DNA of 64,000 bases from Eledone cirrhosa (Eukaryota). Where the stretch lies: the NCBI GenBank assembly GCA_964016885.1, contig OZ024758.1:9796001-9860000 (forward strand). Reading direction: 5' to 3'. This document shows, piece by piece, positions 40,439 to 54,090 of the stretch (position 1 is the stretch's first letter; each line of letters opens with the position of its first letter). The notes under the pieces were generated by a model, which did no database searches, was not told where the DNA came from, and was given only the letters and a program-made list of their open reading frames with translations. A program made the translations under genes and the position numbers.

Positions 40439-41227
40439 ATAAGGGGAGCTTCAATGAGCAGCCCTTGCATGATTAATGACTACTACAGAAAAACCAATCA
40501 AGCATAAATAGCAACTGCCACCCCACTACCATGAAGATAGTCTCAATTCTCATCTTAGTACCTCGGGCCTAATACCACACCTTGGAGACTAATGCAATAA
40601 ACTCCCATCAGAACACCCTAGTCATTCAAGAGAATGACCTTGAATCTACATCAACTTAATCATAAATATATACCATGTATACACAAATATAAATTGACCT
40701 CACCTATTTCATGTCTGAGAAATAGATGAAAACTCTCCCCCATCCCGTTTACAAACCTAGGCAGCTAATCAACATGTTTAGATTGCATATATAAGCCAAC
40801 GTCCTCATTTTATCGATTTTTTGGTCACATTCCTCAGCTTATATCCGAATATATATGGTAATTCATGCTAGATGGATGACATTTACATATGTTCCAAACA
40901 ATCTTATCTCATTCATATTTCTAACATCAAGTTCTGAATGTAATATATATATATACAAACTTAAACCAATTGTGGCTGCTTTATAAGATATGTATTGGTG
41001 TACACTAACTCAATTTTAATATTCATAAAAAGAGAAGAGAAAATAAATGATACAGCAATGACCTGAAATAACAATACAACAAAGTGTGCTATTTTTAATT
41101 CTGATTATTTCAACAGGAATTTAGATAATACCTTACACACACAGCAGAGTAATGACCCTGCATGTCAGGTGTTGGCTTGAACCAAACAAAATATTTTTTC
41201 AATCTCCTAATGACCTCCAAAAATATG

Positions 41228-41620
41228 ATTGCAAATACAAGCGGCCGAAATGAGGTTCCTTTGAAGGGTCTTTGGAGTAACATTACTCGATAGAGTGCAT
41301 AGCTCGGGGATCAGAGAGTTGCTCCAGGTAGAGCTACTACTTCTCCGAATTGAAAAATCCCAGCTCCAATACTATGGGCATGTGGTTAGAATGTCTCAGG
41401 AAAAGAAAATCACTGGACAGATTTTATAGGCAAAACCAACTGGCAGGGGACCTTGGGGTAGACCCCGAGCAAGATGGTTGGATAACATCCATGAGCTTGG
41501 CTAGTCTCACTTGAGGATCCAGCCAAATCAGTTGGAGACGGTTGCTTCTGACAAGACCTGCTGGAAAGAGTGTTCGAGGACTGACCCCATGACCCTCTCA
41601 GGAATAAGTAGGCTAAGAAA
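41228..41620 (+). mobile_element. RTE-clade LINE 3' end (longest copy)
   Basis: QIQAAEMRFL*RVFGVTLLDRVHSSGIRELLQVE...QLQYYGHVVRM...GRPRARWLDNI; classic RTE C-terminus with in-frame stops. Confidence 0.9.
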
Positions 41621-41952
41621 TCTCTCCCTCAAAACATTAAGGCTTCTCTATGGAGCTACTAAATTTTGGATTCCCAGAAGAAAGGTTTCAGCCCCAAATA
41701 TATATACTATATATTTATATATAAAATTAACAGTCTTCAAATTTATTACCACACACCCACACAGTTCAAGAGTAACCAATCTTAAAGAGAGAGATAGAGA
41801 TAGGTGAGGAGACCATTATTATTATTATTATTAATATTATTCTCTACATTCCTTACATCAAACTAAAATATGTTGACAATCTTTTAATAATGTCTTCCTT
41901 GTGAAATTTGTGGTCTTGTTTTGCTTAACTAATGATCATCATCGTTTAACGT

Positions 41953-41986
<34 letters not shown>

Positions 41987-42183
41987 GAGCTTCCAACAGT
42001 AATGGTTGCATTCTTTAAGGGTATGTCAATATTTATTCATAAAACTGATCTATATTATATTTTATCTGATGAAAGCACACCATAATTTAACTTGGTGTCC
42101 TTGAAATATGTATAATGAAATAAATATGGTTTTATAAATATAGTTTCCATTTGATAATATCGTATATATATATATTATATATA

Positions 42184-42221
<38 letters not shown>

Positions 42222-43429
42222 TATAAATTCAAATGTCATTTAAAACATCTTTCAGGCAAACCCATTATGGCTACAAAATTATATAACAAAAGCATTGTAG
42301 GGGGTATTTAACAAAAGCATTGTAGGGGTATTTAACTATAGCATTGCTAACAAACCTTCGTATTAAGTCCCCCACCACCAGCATTCATTTAGAAAACTTC
42401 CTATTGCAAGTATGGATGTGCTACATGAGAACATTAAAATGTGAGAAATACATAAAACATTTTAAAACCATCAGCCACATTATCTATGGACAAGATATGC
42501 ATTGGATAATATTGAAATATCTAAATTGGCAATGCTTGCAGAACCTAAATAATTGGTGGGTAGAGTGGAATTTATGAGCAATAAAAGCTTTAAACAAAAC
42601 CCAGAGAACAGTGAAAGTCAATAAGCTGTAAATATTTCCCATTTTTAGTCCTGAAATGTCAAATTGACATTGTGCCTGCTTCAGATCAGGAGTGATATTT
42701 CATAACTCAATCAATATTAGAAGACAAACTACCAGAGTTTAGCATTGTAACACGATTTTAAACAAGAATTAAAACAATTTAAATGTAAATTCTAAAAGAA
42801 AAAAATTAAACATTCATATTTTCTAATTTTTCATAGTTCCTACATCAGTAAGGTGACAGAACAATTACATGTGACAACATATAGTATTTATTTTTAAGCC
42901 TTTATACTGAGATCAGATACTGCCAGTATCAAATTCACTGTTCATCACTATAGTGATGAAATCAAAGCAATCACACTGGAATCAAGTTACTTGACCCAAC
43001 CTTAAATTTATGATCTTTCAAATACAACAGCTCATGTGTGCCTTTACAGACATTTTTTCCTCTATCAGATGTCTGAATACAGATTGAAAAATCACTTAAA
43101 AGCTTAATATCTTGCTTGAGGGGTTTTTTTTTTTTCTTACATAAAAGATGGGAGTTGTTTTATTGATAGACTAAATTCATACCGACATCAATATAGTCTA
43201 TTTCAAATGAAAATATAGACTAAAGAATTGCCAGACAGTGTTAAACCTACAATAAATGAAAAAAAAAAAAAAAAAAACAATTGACCAATTTTCATTAATA
43301 CATCTAAGAGTTTATTAATCTAGAAACTAAATTCCATTAATTCTGCTAACCAAAAACAAAATCTTGTCAATTGTTATAATAAATAAAAAAAAAAAAAAAA
43401 AGTTAATTTATTCTTAATTTCATTGAAAA

Positions 43430-43701
43430 CTACGTGAAACCAGCCTTTGCTCTATGACACAAAACTGTTTTAAAGATTGTATTTAAACATTTTCAGTAAG
43501 TTAAGCCCCAAACACTAGCGTAATAATTTCCCGATTACTTTCAAAATTATTTTTAAATGATAGGCAGTATCTTTCATGAGAAATATATTAACTCTTTAGC
43601 ATTTAAACCGGCTGTAACTGGCCATTCATACTGATGTTACGGTATTGTTCCTAAAATAAATATCAATATCTCAGATTCGATATTAGCACAAAAATACAAT
43701 A

Positions 43702-43737
<36 letters not shown>

Positions 43738-43770
43738 ATGTAAATGCTAAAGAGTTAAGGAAAGGGTTAA
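43430..43770 (+). mobile_element. piggyBac-like MITE family B hosting a family A insertion
   Basis: Body matches 2980-3197; ends ggaaaggg-TTAA. Confidence 0.65.
43588..43758 (+). mobile_element. piggyBac-like MITE family A (internally deleted) with TTAA TSD
   Basis: TTAA-ctctttagcatt...aatgctaaagag-TTAA. Confidence 0.85.
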
Positions 43771-45039
43771 TGTATATAAATGTTTCTTCACATTACAAAG
43801 GCAATGCCTATTTCAAAGACTACAATTCAAATGTAGTCCAATCAGTGGGAGACTGAAGCGCCATCGGCTGGTATTGCTTGTAACCTGCCACAGACATTGA
43901 TAGGCAGCCATTGATTTTGAGTCGAGATCAAATGTAGAAAGGAAAACATTTAAAAGAGTTTTAAAATCTTGAAAGAATTTCATTTAGCCGCAGCACTTAA
44001 GATTTCCTTTTTTACAAAATCAAAAAATATATAAATAAATAAAAAAAAAAAACTAATGAGCTTTATTAATTATTGCTTTAAGATAGCAATGATTTAATTT
44101 TTATATCTTTATTTTTAACCGATTTTAATTTTGTTTTAAAGCTTCAAGGGATTCCATTGTTCTTAAATTACAATCATGCAAGCTGTTTATGTGAATAAAG
44201 AAATACTACTCAGCAAATGAAAGCTAACAATGTAACTAAAACAATAGCATTATAAACCATCATTTTCTAAAGTTATGAAATTATGCATCAGGTGGTGTTC
44301 AATTTCAAATAGCATCAAAATCAAGTGTGTATTTTATCTAAAGAGTTAGTGTATGTACAAATATGTGCACACAGACTAGGAGGTAACAAAAACAGCTGCA
44401 TTCAGAAAAAAAAAAAAAAATGAGTGATATTCTTGGAAATATTTACGAGTATCTCACACACCCACCCAAACATTTGATCGCTCCTCGAGCTGATTGGCAG
44501 TGAAACATGTAATTAAATATGTATATCATGCAATACTGACTCTTTGTTCCATATATATATAATATATATATAATATATATATAGATATATATAGATATAT
44601 ATATATATATATATATATATAGATAGATATGCTGAAAATATATTATTCAGGCTGTTCTATTGCACAGCATCTTACACAAGTGTTTTCTAGTATAAAACGA
44701 GAAGGAAACTAAAAGGCAAGCAGGCACGTGTCAGTTTGCCATCAACATTTAAAGCAACTGATGATATATACCATGTAAATATGTCCCACAGTGTAATGCA
44801 TTAATGAAAATAAGCAAAATATACCATAATAAAATGTCTCATCCATACTACACTAGAATGGAATAAAATGGACATAAAATTTTTTACAAATACTTGAAAA
44901 GTGCACCTTTTTAAAAAGCCGTCTTCCACAAATTTCAACTGGGTTATATAATGTTTGGATATAAATGAAACATTTTTTAATAGAGTGAGGGAAAGAGGAG
45001 AGGGAGTAACAAACTACAGTCAAGATGGGATATCTCAGC

Positions 45040-45270
45040 TACACTCAGACACTGCCAAAGAGAACAGCCAGCGACAATCATTGCATCAACCAGTTCTTCA
45101 TAGGGACCGCCCTCAGGCAAGGTGCACTACTCCCAATTTTGTGGAAGGAAATGGAAGTTTGGGGTCTGAAGACACTGGAGATCTTGACAGTGACTGGCAT
45201 GAAAAGGAATTGGTCAGTCAAGTCCTGGTATTTAGCTATCTTCCTCTCCTTGTTATGGATAGCTGTGCAG
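45040..45270 (-). mobile_element. Remnant of a CRE/NeSL-type retrotransposon restriction-like endonuclease C-terminus
   Basis: KERKIAKYQDLTDQFLFMPVTVKISSVFRPQT...WLMQ*LSLAVLFGS resembles E..K..KY..L...F.PVAVET.G..G / QRLS.AV.RGN. Confidence 0.65.
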
Positions 45271-46129
45271 TTGAGATATCTAGATATTTTTCAAAAACAA
45301 ACTTGGGAGAACCCTTTAGCTTGTGTCAAATGGCAACTTGTCTGCACTCAATAGACCATATGAACATACTCGAGGTGCCAATCCCTCAGCCCATCCGGGC
45401 GGTCAGTAGCTCTGCTTCAGTACCGAGTCTATATATACCCGTCCAACCCTTGCTAACAGGGATGGTGAAACTATTGCCTTTAATATTTAACCATAGCATA
45501 GAACTGAAAACAAAAAAAAAAAAAAAAAAATCAATAGACCAAACCCTTCAAATATTCCATACTTTGAAGGAGACTTCAATTTATGAGTTTAATATAAAAT
45601 GGTTAAGTAAATATGAGTTTTCAATCATTGTGAAAACTTAAATGTCACACTATTGATTTGATATTAATATTACAAAAATAATGTATCTGCAATAGAATTT
45701 CAGGCAGGTTCTTAGAAATAGGATTGACATGATAAAGCAGCTTCATGGCTGTGAATTGCCGTAGGCAATGGATCATTCCTAATGAAAGAACAAGCGTATC
45801 ATCGGCACTAGACATGTATTATATTAATTATACACAGACTGCAGCTTGTAGCTGGCTATTGGAAATATAGCTAGTGCTGCATGGGAAAATCAGTTTTATT
45901 GGCATGGTTATAGAAAGAGAAGATAAGCTGGATGTTGCTGACAAGCTTCAGTTGGTTATGATGACTTTCACAATTGCCATTTCAATAGCATATGTCCTAA
46001 TATTGATAGCTCAAAACCATCTCACTAAGTCTCAATTGTCTTTCTATAATTTAATTTATTATTTCCACATTAATTTATTATTTCAGCCACATACGAACTA
46101 CAACCTATAAACGGAGACTCATCTATCTC

Positions 46130-46312
46130 ACCAACTGTATTTTTAATGAAATATACACTAATTAATTAATGAAGAATTGTGAGGGATTTACTAAAATTAT
46201 TTCATTAGTAAGTAAGGTTCTTATGTTGGAAGATTTTAATTTAAATTGGAAACCTTTAAAATGGGTGATTTTATTTAATAGAACCAGAACTGGTTAGTAA
46301 CTAAAGGGTTAA
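46130..46312 (-). mobile_element. piggyBac-like MITE family B
   Basis: Reverse complement matches 51191-51414; ends aaaggg-TTAA. Confidence 0.7.
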
Positions 46313-47392
46313 GAGAATTTTTAAACCGATAGTCCAGTTTCTCAAACAGTGACAGCCACCTTTTAATGTAATAGATATGGGTCTATTCATTTTCATGAAG
46401 ATATCTTAAATGAAAATATGAATGCATCCAAATAGTAATGCCAAGAGTAAGAAATATTAACCTAGTGTATGTTAAATATAACTACATTAAAGACGTATTC
46501 AGAAATATTGTTTAAGAAAGTTTTACATTTATAGCTAGTTCCATAATTTGCTTGCTATGAATAATAAACATGGTATATTCAAAATTAACTAAAATTTTTT
46601 TGAAGAATTTGGAAAATAGTTTTCCTGAGTATAAATCCTTCAAAATCCAAGTATAGAAATTCCCATGTAATATTTCTAACATGTAGAAATCTACAGAATA
46701 AGCTTCCATTGCTCATAATTTACAAAAAAAAAAAAAAAAAAAAAAGCCTTTGAATTTTTCTGCATAAAGCCTGCATGAATTTACATGTCTTTTAAACCAT
46801 AAATGTCATTCAGCATGTGTGCAGTGGAATATGTTTCAGAAATTATATTCAGCTGCATACAAGAGAAATTCCAATACCTTTCAGTGCTCATAAAAGGCAG
46901 AAAGCTTCCCCCTCTTCCCCTAGATTAATAGTAACAGAACCATAAAAGCAAATATATATCATTTGAACTACAGTATTGTCCTAGCATAGGCAAGGAACTA
47001 TTTCCCTTTAGAAATAATGCCATCTTTTGAAATAATTCATTATTTGGAAATTTTTTTTCTCTTTCCATTTTCACATATAAAATAAAAACATAAGGCTTTA
47101 TTCAGTCATGCCTACTTAAAATGGGAGCCAAGAACATGAAATGGCTTATGTGTTGGTTGCATCATCATTAGAACATTTTCTGGATCAAAGTATGAAAGGG
47201 AACATTAGGGATTAAATTTTTATTTGTTTGGTGGAACATGAAAAATAAAATGGAGCCAATGTCAATAATTACCAACTAACAATATTATCAATAAAGATCT
47301 TTATAATTACAGTGAGAAAGCAAATGAAAAATTTATTCAATAGACTAAATTAGTTATTGATAACACTAATATTCTTTAATATTATTTAACTT

Positions 47393-47600
47393 GGGCAGTG
47401 GACCGGCAGTATCAGTAGAGCTTTGGATAACACGCTTTGCAGCATATAATTATGTCCCTTTACATTATGTGTTCAAATCCCGAGGTAAGCTTTACCCTTC
47501 ATCCTTATGAGATCGATAAAATAAAGTACCAGTAATACACTAAGGGACGAATTCATCAACTTTCTCCCAAAATTGTTGGTCTTGTACCTAAATCAGAAGC
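47393..47600 (+). mobile_element. SINE S1
   Basis: ggcagtggaccggcagtatc...gttcaaatccc...tcgataaaataaagtaccag. Confidence 0.8.
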
Positions 47601-48289
47601 CATTTAGTTTGGGTGGGGGATTGGCAAAGCATCAGACAACATGCCTTGTGGCATAGAGTTATGGCCATTTAGGTTCTGTAATGTCCTGGGGGTTGGTTTA
47701 ATCAATAATTCTAAGGAAAAAAAAAAAAACAATTTTGAAAATAATCAAGAGTTGAGGAATTTAGAACTATAATTTTGTTATTAAGTTGGTTGGAATATAG
47801 CTTAAAAGGTTCTTATATAAAATTATGATGGAAGGTTTGCAAATAGATAAACATTGAAACAAACAGTTTTGTATCGTAAATTCAAGTTAATAGAAGGTTA
47901 ATAGAATAATATGGCACAGACAGCTCTGAATTCTGAGCTTAATGCACCAGTGCAAAGATTTTTAAAGACATTCACAAATAGTTGCAACATATACAGTCTT
48001 ATTGGTCTCAAACACGCGAGATCTACATGACCAACTAAGTGTAAATTAACAGCAACTGTTGTGCTGTCACCATATATACCTCCCTTCTTTTAACTGTGGC
48101 TACAACTAAAATATATGTTATAACAAAGTATATTATGTTTAGACTATAATATTGCAACCCTCATGAGTGATCACTATATTCCGGGATGTACAGTACGGTA
48201 CACCATTAAGCAGAGGCTTAACTGGAAAAACAGTGCAATGCTTAGTTGTACAGCTTAACTGTACAATAAGAGCTCAAACATCATTAACA

Positions 48290-48484
48290 CGAGGGTTGGC
48301 TGTAAGGCTCATAAGCTGACTATGAAGGAGTGATGCTAGAGCTGTGAAATCTTGCATGCATTAATTTCAACTCTTAGTAATATCTGCATTGTTTCTTTCC
48401 AGGGACTATATTGAAAAATAAACCTCATTTGGTCATTCCATGGGAGTATCTTGGTCAGCCTATGAACTTTTCAGCCAGCCCTCA
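48290..48484. mobile_element. mariner-type MITE
   Basis: TIRs cgagggttggctgtaaggctcataagctgac / gtcagcctatgaacttttcagccagccctca, followed by TA. Confidence 0.75.
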
Positions 48485-48819
48485 TATGCACAAGGCTGCA
48501 AACTTGTGCCATGTTCAATCATTCAAATGAACCTCAGTACTTCAATTATATTTTAAATCAATCATGCAGGATTAGAACTCAGAACATCAGAATATAACCA
48601 CATTCCTCAGTGTCTAAGCCACATATCTATTTTAATCAAATTCACGCTGGCCCAACTGAACATGTTGAATTTATATTCCAATACATTATATATTCTTATT
48701 ACACGGTTTCTTAAAAATTCAGATTTAGAAAAAAAAAAAAATTAAAATTTATGCTCAAAAATTTTGAAACAATTAACCCATAAATTTAACATATAAAGTC
48801 ACAATGAACACTTAATATA

Positions 48820-49028
48820 CAGGGTGAGCATAAAGTCTTTCCCTTATTATAAACTTTGTTTCATAGACACCATTTTGTTACTATTACAACTACTTCCTGT
48901 AGAAGAGAAAATGTGAAACATGTTCAGAAAAACTTTAAATTTTGAAATTAAAACAATGAAAAGCTAAATTTTCAAATGGTACCAGAGATATGGCATTTTA
49001 TAATCAGGGAAAGACTATGCTCACCCTG
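48820..49028. mobile_element. Tc1/mariner MITE with TA TSD
   Basis: TA-cagggtgagcataaagtctttccc...gggaaagactatgctcaccctg-TA. Confidence 0.88.
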
Positions 49029-49280
49029 TAAAGAGGAGGGTGTTTGTGCCCTCCTGCTAACAGTTTCTCAAAATAACCTAGACGTTTTCTTCCAAAATGA
49101 AAATGTATTTGGGTTATCTTAATGTTTTTGTTATAGCTATGGTTCAGATAAAAACGTATCAATTATAATTTACTTGTTTTTAATGACATCTACATGTGAA
49201 GAAATAGCACAGGCAACTGTGTTTTAGTAACATTACTGAAACTTTCAACTAAACCAAAAAAAAAACCATGAGTATAGAAT

Positions 49281-49520
49281 CATCATTTAATGTCCATTTT
49301 CCAAGTTAGCATGGGTTGGATGGGCTGTTCCATTGGGAAACAAGTTTGATCAGATGACCATGTCTGGCTCACAGAACCGTTTCTAGCTTGGTTTCTACAG
49401 CTGGATGCCCTTCCTAATACCAACCATATTTACAGTGTGGACTGGATGTCTTGTGGCACTAAAATGACCACATTACAGTGTGGTGTGGGTGTCTTGAGAC
49501 ACTAAAATGACCACTTTACC
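49281..49520 (-). mobile_element. SINE 3' tail family (same as 14690-15080)
   Basis: tttctacagctggatgcccttcctaataccaacc. Confidence 0.7.
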
Positions 49521-50264
49521 ATTCTCAAAAAAAAAAAAAAAAAAAAAAAAAAGACTAAGAATACATAAGTAGTATTTCATTGACTTTCAAGAAATATCTG
49601 AAATTTCCAATCTTTCTCAGAATATTTAGAATTGCAATTCCACAAAATGGGGAACCAATTAATATACATAAGAGAAACTTGATAAATCTCAAACTACTTT
49701 AAACAATATTCATTAAACTATCATAATTTAAATAATTTGTATAATAATGGATTGTGCAGCATTTCTTCAGTCGTGATAATGTACCAACAATAAGGTCTAA
49801 TGTAACTGCTTCATTTTAATAGTAAAATTAATGTAACCATACAGGAGCATGAACACAAGCATAGCTGTGTGGTTAAGAAATTTGCTTCACATTCATAAGA
49901 TTCCAGGTTCAAGCTGACAACCTGACAACATGGCACATTAAGTGTCTAACTAGAGCATCTGATTAATTCAAACCAGTGAGTTCAGTAGATAAAATATCCT
50001 AAATGAATCAACGAATAACTGAAAGCCTATCAAAACTAGCAGGAGGTTTATTTAATGCAGTAAGCATTAAAACCTAGAAATAATTATGCAATGTAGCAAA
50101 TACAATATTAGTTGATGGAAAGTATTTTAATTATTTTGGCAAACTGCCCTCAACAAGTTAAATTTCTCAGCGTTTCACTTCATACACCGGTATCAGACCA
50201 TTAACTATTTCACTAAAGAAAAATACTTGTTAATTTAACCACTGTATGATAAATACAAGGTACA

Positions 50265-50460
50265 CTTTGCCTTTCATCCACTTGAGGTTGATAAAAGTAG
50301 TACCAGTCAAGTAATGGGGGTCCAATTCTTCCTCTATCTCACTTCCTATCCTTTTCTGGAAGAAATCTGTTCTCAGGCCTGGAGAGGAGATAAGTTCTGT
50401 CAGGTTTAGAAATGCCCTAAGAAACGGCACCCATATAACTGACATATCGCAGCATAGCCG
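50265..50460 (+). mobile_element. S1-with-tail SINE, 5'-truncated
   Basis: ctttgcctttcatccacttgaggttgataa...ttctggaagaaatctg...ggtttagaaatgccc. Confidence 0.7.
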
Positions 50461-51190
50461 ATAACCTGCATGTATCTGGAAGACTTTATCCATTTGCTTT
50501 CTCAACTTCACTTACATTGAAAGAACGTTTCCTGCAGTCATTACCATATACAACACTAACTACAAAGAGAATTCTTAGAGTAGAGCAAATTTATCAAATT
50601 TAGATATATTATTTATCAGTGTTTCATGTACCTAACATTTGTAAATTATATTGTGTGGAGAGAAGAGTTCTAACGACAAAAGCTAGTTTCCTCAGAGCTA
50701 TATACATATATCACACACACCCTATACATTACATACAGTAAAATCAGCCCAATTTTCTTATGTACTCTCAAATAACTCCATAATTGTGATTATGAAATTT
50801 TATACATTACACTTATAATCACAGATAATCAGTGACCAATTAAATGGTTTCAGTCATTAAAACAAGGCTGATTAATTGGCCAATTTGTTTAGTATCCCCA
50901 AATTAATATTCAATACAGTTCTAAAATGTCAACCTGAAAATATCAATAACACCCTACCACATTACATTAAGTGAAGACAAAATGTTCATTTACCAAGGGT
51001 TTTGTAATTCAAGTGTGATCGTTAGTAACATCTTAGCAAGTGACCAAACTATTTTTAAAAAAGGGGACAAAACACGAAAACCTAAATATTTTTACAGTTT
51101 TTCTGTGCATCTTCACATCTCCACCACAACATCTCCCAAAAGAAATCTTGGAAAAATATAAGAGTGCATCCTTTGATGAAATGATTTACT

Positions 51191-51414
51191 TTAACCCTTT
51201 TGTTACCAGCCTGGCCAAAACTGGCTCTGGTTCTATGAAATAAAATCACCCATTTTAAAAGGTTTCCAATTTAAATTAAAATCTTCCAACAATTTTATGT
51301 AAGAACCTTACATTGAGTTACTATCTTAGTAATGAAATAATTTTAATAAATCCTTCAAAATTATTTATTAATTAAAAGTGCATTTCATTAGAAATATGGT
51401 CATGAAAGGGTTAA
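51191..51414 (+). mobile_element. piggyBac-like MITE family B, intact ends
   Basis: TTAA-CCCTTT...AAAGGG-TTAA. Confidence 0.82.
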
Positions 51415-52432
51415 GTCTCACGATTGCTGTTTTCCATTTTAACCTGACAGTATGAAAAGAAAGAATCTAACTCACCACTAAAATGAATATCAAATCAAAA
51501 TTACAAGTATATCAAGGTTTAGTTAAAGTAATAAAAATTTTGTACTGCCTATTACTTAGAAATAGCTGTATAGTAAGGTCATCTATCATAACATCAAAAG
51601 AAATAATATACTAACTATCTCTCCATGTAGCATAAACCCATCTTTCATGTTCATTGAGCTATGCTATGTAACATTACATCATTGATGGTAATAAACTGAA
51701 AATTATCACCTGCTCATCTCTTTGAAATATTTCAGGTAAGGTAGAAAAGTTTGGGTGAAAATAGCAACATTACATTGTTTATATAGCTATATTTAATACT
51801 TAAATGCAGTTTAATTTGTAATAGCTTTGTCACCGACACAAGTATGGAGTTATTATAAATCAATATTTTATTACTAATAAGAATATTAACACATCTGTAA
51901 CCTAGTACAACCCGTTTCATGGTCAAGTAGTCGGCGACTAAACTGAAAATCATAGGTAGATAACTAGAGAATGTGAATCATGAAAAAAAAATGACCAACA
52001 AAAAAGTGAAAAATTTAGTTTTTTATCCAATACCTCACACATCTCCCTCTTTGAGCAATAATTTTTTTAAGGTCAGAAAGCTGACATTTAAACAGCCTTA
52101 AACCTAGAGATTTTAGGTTACTTAAGATAAAAAATGAATTGAAAAGATGTCCTATTTAAAGCCAAGATAAATGAACCAAATAATATTACTTTTATGGCTT
52201 AGAGCAAATATAACGAGTTTGGAAATAAGACAAATAATAAATGTGCAAAATACTAGATGTCTATCTACCACTCAATAGATTTTGAATAAACTTTACAATC
52301 AACATAAAAATTCAATATCATTTTGGGGCACCTTCCATTTTAACACTAATATTTTATACAAATATTAAATATATTCAATGATATAGTTTTTTTTATCTTG
52401 TATTACTAATTTCCTTTGGTTTGGATGTGCAT

Positions 52433-52475
<43 letters not shown>

Positions 52476-52591
52476 TTGTAGATAGAGATTGTGAATGGGC
52501 TGATTTAGATCAAATGATAATAGATACCAAAGAGAAGTCAATTACCAAAGATCTTCCAACTCTTGTTCCAGTTGGCTGTAATTATGTTTGG

Positions 52592-52830
52592 AAGGCAGTG
52601 AAATGGCAGGTGCTAGAACATCAGATAGGATGCTTTGCAGTATTTGTTTTGACCGAGTTCAACTTTGCTTTTCATCCTTTTGAGGTTGATAAAGTACCAG
52701 TGTAGTACTGGGGTTAATTCTTCCTCTATATCTATCCTTTCTTTGGAGAAGGATGGGCTCTGCCAGGCTTAAAATGCCCAAGAAATGTCATATTCCACTG
52801 AGATGCCCCTATGACTATCAGGAGTTACAA
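52592..52830 (+). mobile_element. S1-with-tail SINE (CpG-decayed)
   Basis: Colinear with 55751-56035. Confidence 0.75.
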
Positions 52831-53059
52831 GATGATACCTTACCAATTAAGTTACAGAATACATTATGAAGATGAAGCAGAACAACAACTTTCAATTGTC
52901 ATTCCTTGAGTGGTAGACCTCATCCATTGCCCAGTTCAATATCACTATATGGCTCTAATGAAATCTATTATCGAGATCATTATCAAGCCTGTATATACTG
53001 TAGCAGTCTTGGTGGATTTGCCCTTCTGACTAAGTAATGAAAATATATATATATATATC

Positions 53060-53265
53060 TTAACCCTTTTGATTATGAACCTACCCAAAGATACTTCATA
53101 TTCTCTGGAACAAAACCACCTATTTTAAAGGGTCCCTATTTAAATTAAGGTCTTAAATAATTTTACATGAGAACCATTACAAATATTTAGATTTTAGTAA
53201 ATCCTTCAAATCTTCCAATTGAAATACAGAGCATTTTATTAGAAATATAGTAATGAAAAGGTTAA
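53060..53265 (+). mobile_element. piggyBac-like MITE family B
   Basis: TTAA-CCCTTT...AAAAGG-TTAA; body similar to 51191. Confidence 0.72.
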
Positions 53266-53954
53266 TGTTCCATCCAAAATTTAATATAAAAGGGTAACTA
53301 ATAAAATGTAAAATCTAGAATTACCAAATATATTTGTGAAGAAATATGCACATGAATCATTTGTTTTATATGGAATTATCTCAAACTTAAATAGAAAATA
53401 TAATGGTTACAATTATAATTGACTAATGTAATTATTGATTTTTACCGTTTCTTTGATTTTATTTTCAATTGAAAGGTTTAGCTATAATTTGGAATTAATA
53501 AAATCAGAAAATGAAGAATTTATTCATACATGCAATACCCAATATGATTAAGCAGGATATAGCCTCCTTGGCCTCTAGGAGGTCAGTAGCCCTGCTTCAG
53601 TGCCAATTTGGTCTACATAGACCCATCCAACCCTTATTAGTAGGGAAAAGGACAATAAATGATGACCATTTATTTTACAACAGGGATAAACTGGGACAAA
53701 ATGAAAATAGAAATATTCATAAACATTTCCTTCACAAGAAGGAATAAACTGCAATAGACAAGGAAGTCATGAAATGTGGTGTTAAACACTATAGTAATTC
53801 ATTCTTTTACTGATTTAACAGAAAATCAATAATCCATCTTTTTCTCAGATGATGTATCAGTCATAACTGTTTCTCTTGAAAATGGCCCTTTGCCTATAAA
53901 CAATTATAACCCATGGTTATTTTCTTTAGCATTTCAGTGTTCAGGATTTAAATG

Positions 53955-54090
53955 TCGACACAAAAAGTACCCGGCCCATACTATAAAGCGGTCGTGTAGG
54001 AGTCACGACAAAAAGCACCCAGTCCATACTGTAAAGTGGTCGTGTAGGAGTCACGACAAAAAGCACCCAGTCCATACTGTAAAGTGGTCA
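53955..54090. repeat. 48-bp tandem repeat x~2.7 derived from a SINE-tail segment
   Basis: tcacgacaaaaagcacccagtccatactgtaaagtggtcgtgtaggag; explains the SHDKKHPVHTVKWSCR repeat in the ORF. Confidence 0.9.

Noticed and set aside
44955-45641. Longest ORF (228 aa) as a gene
   Set aside because: TTG start, runs through a poly-A and a SINE tail; the meaningful frame is the antisense retrotransposon relic
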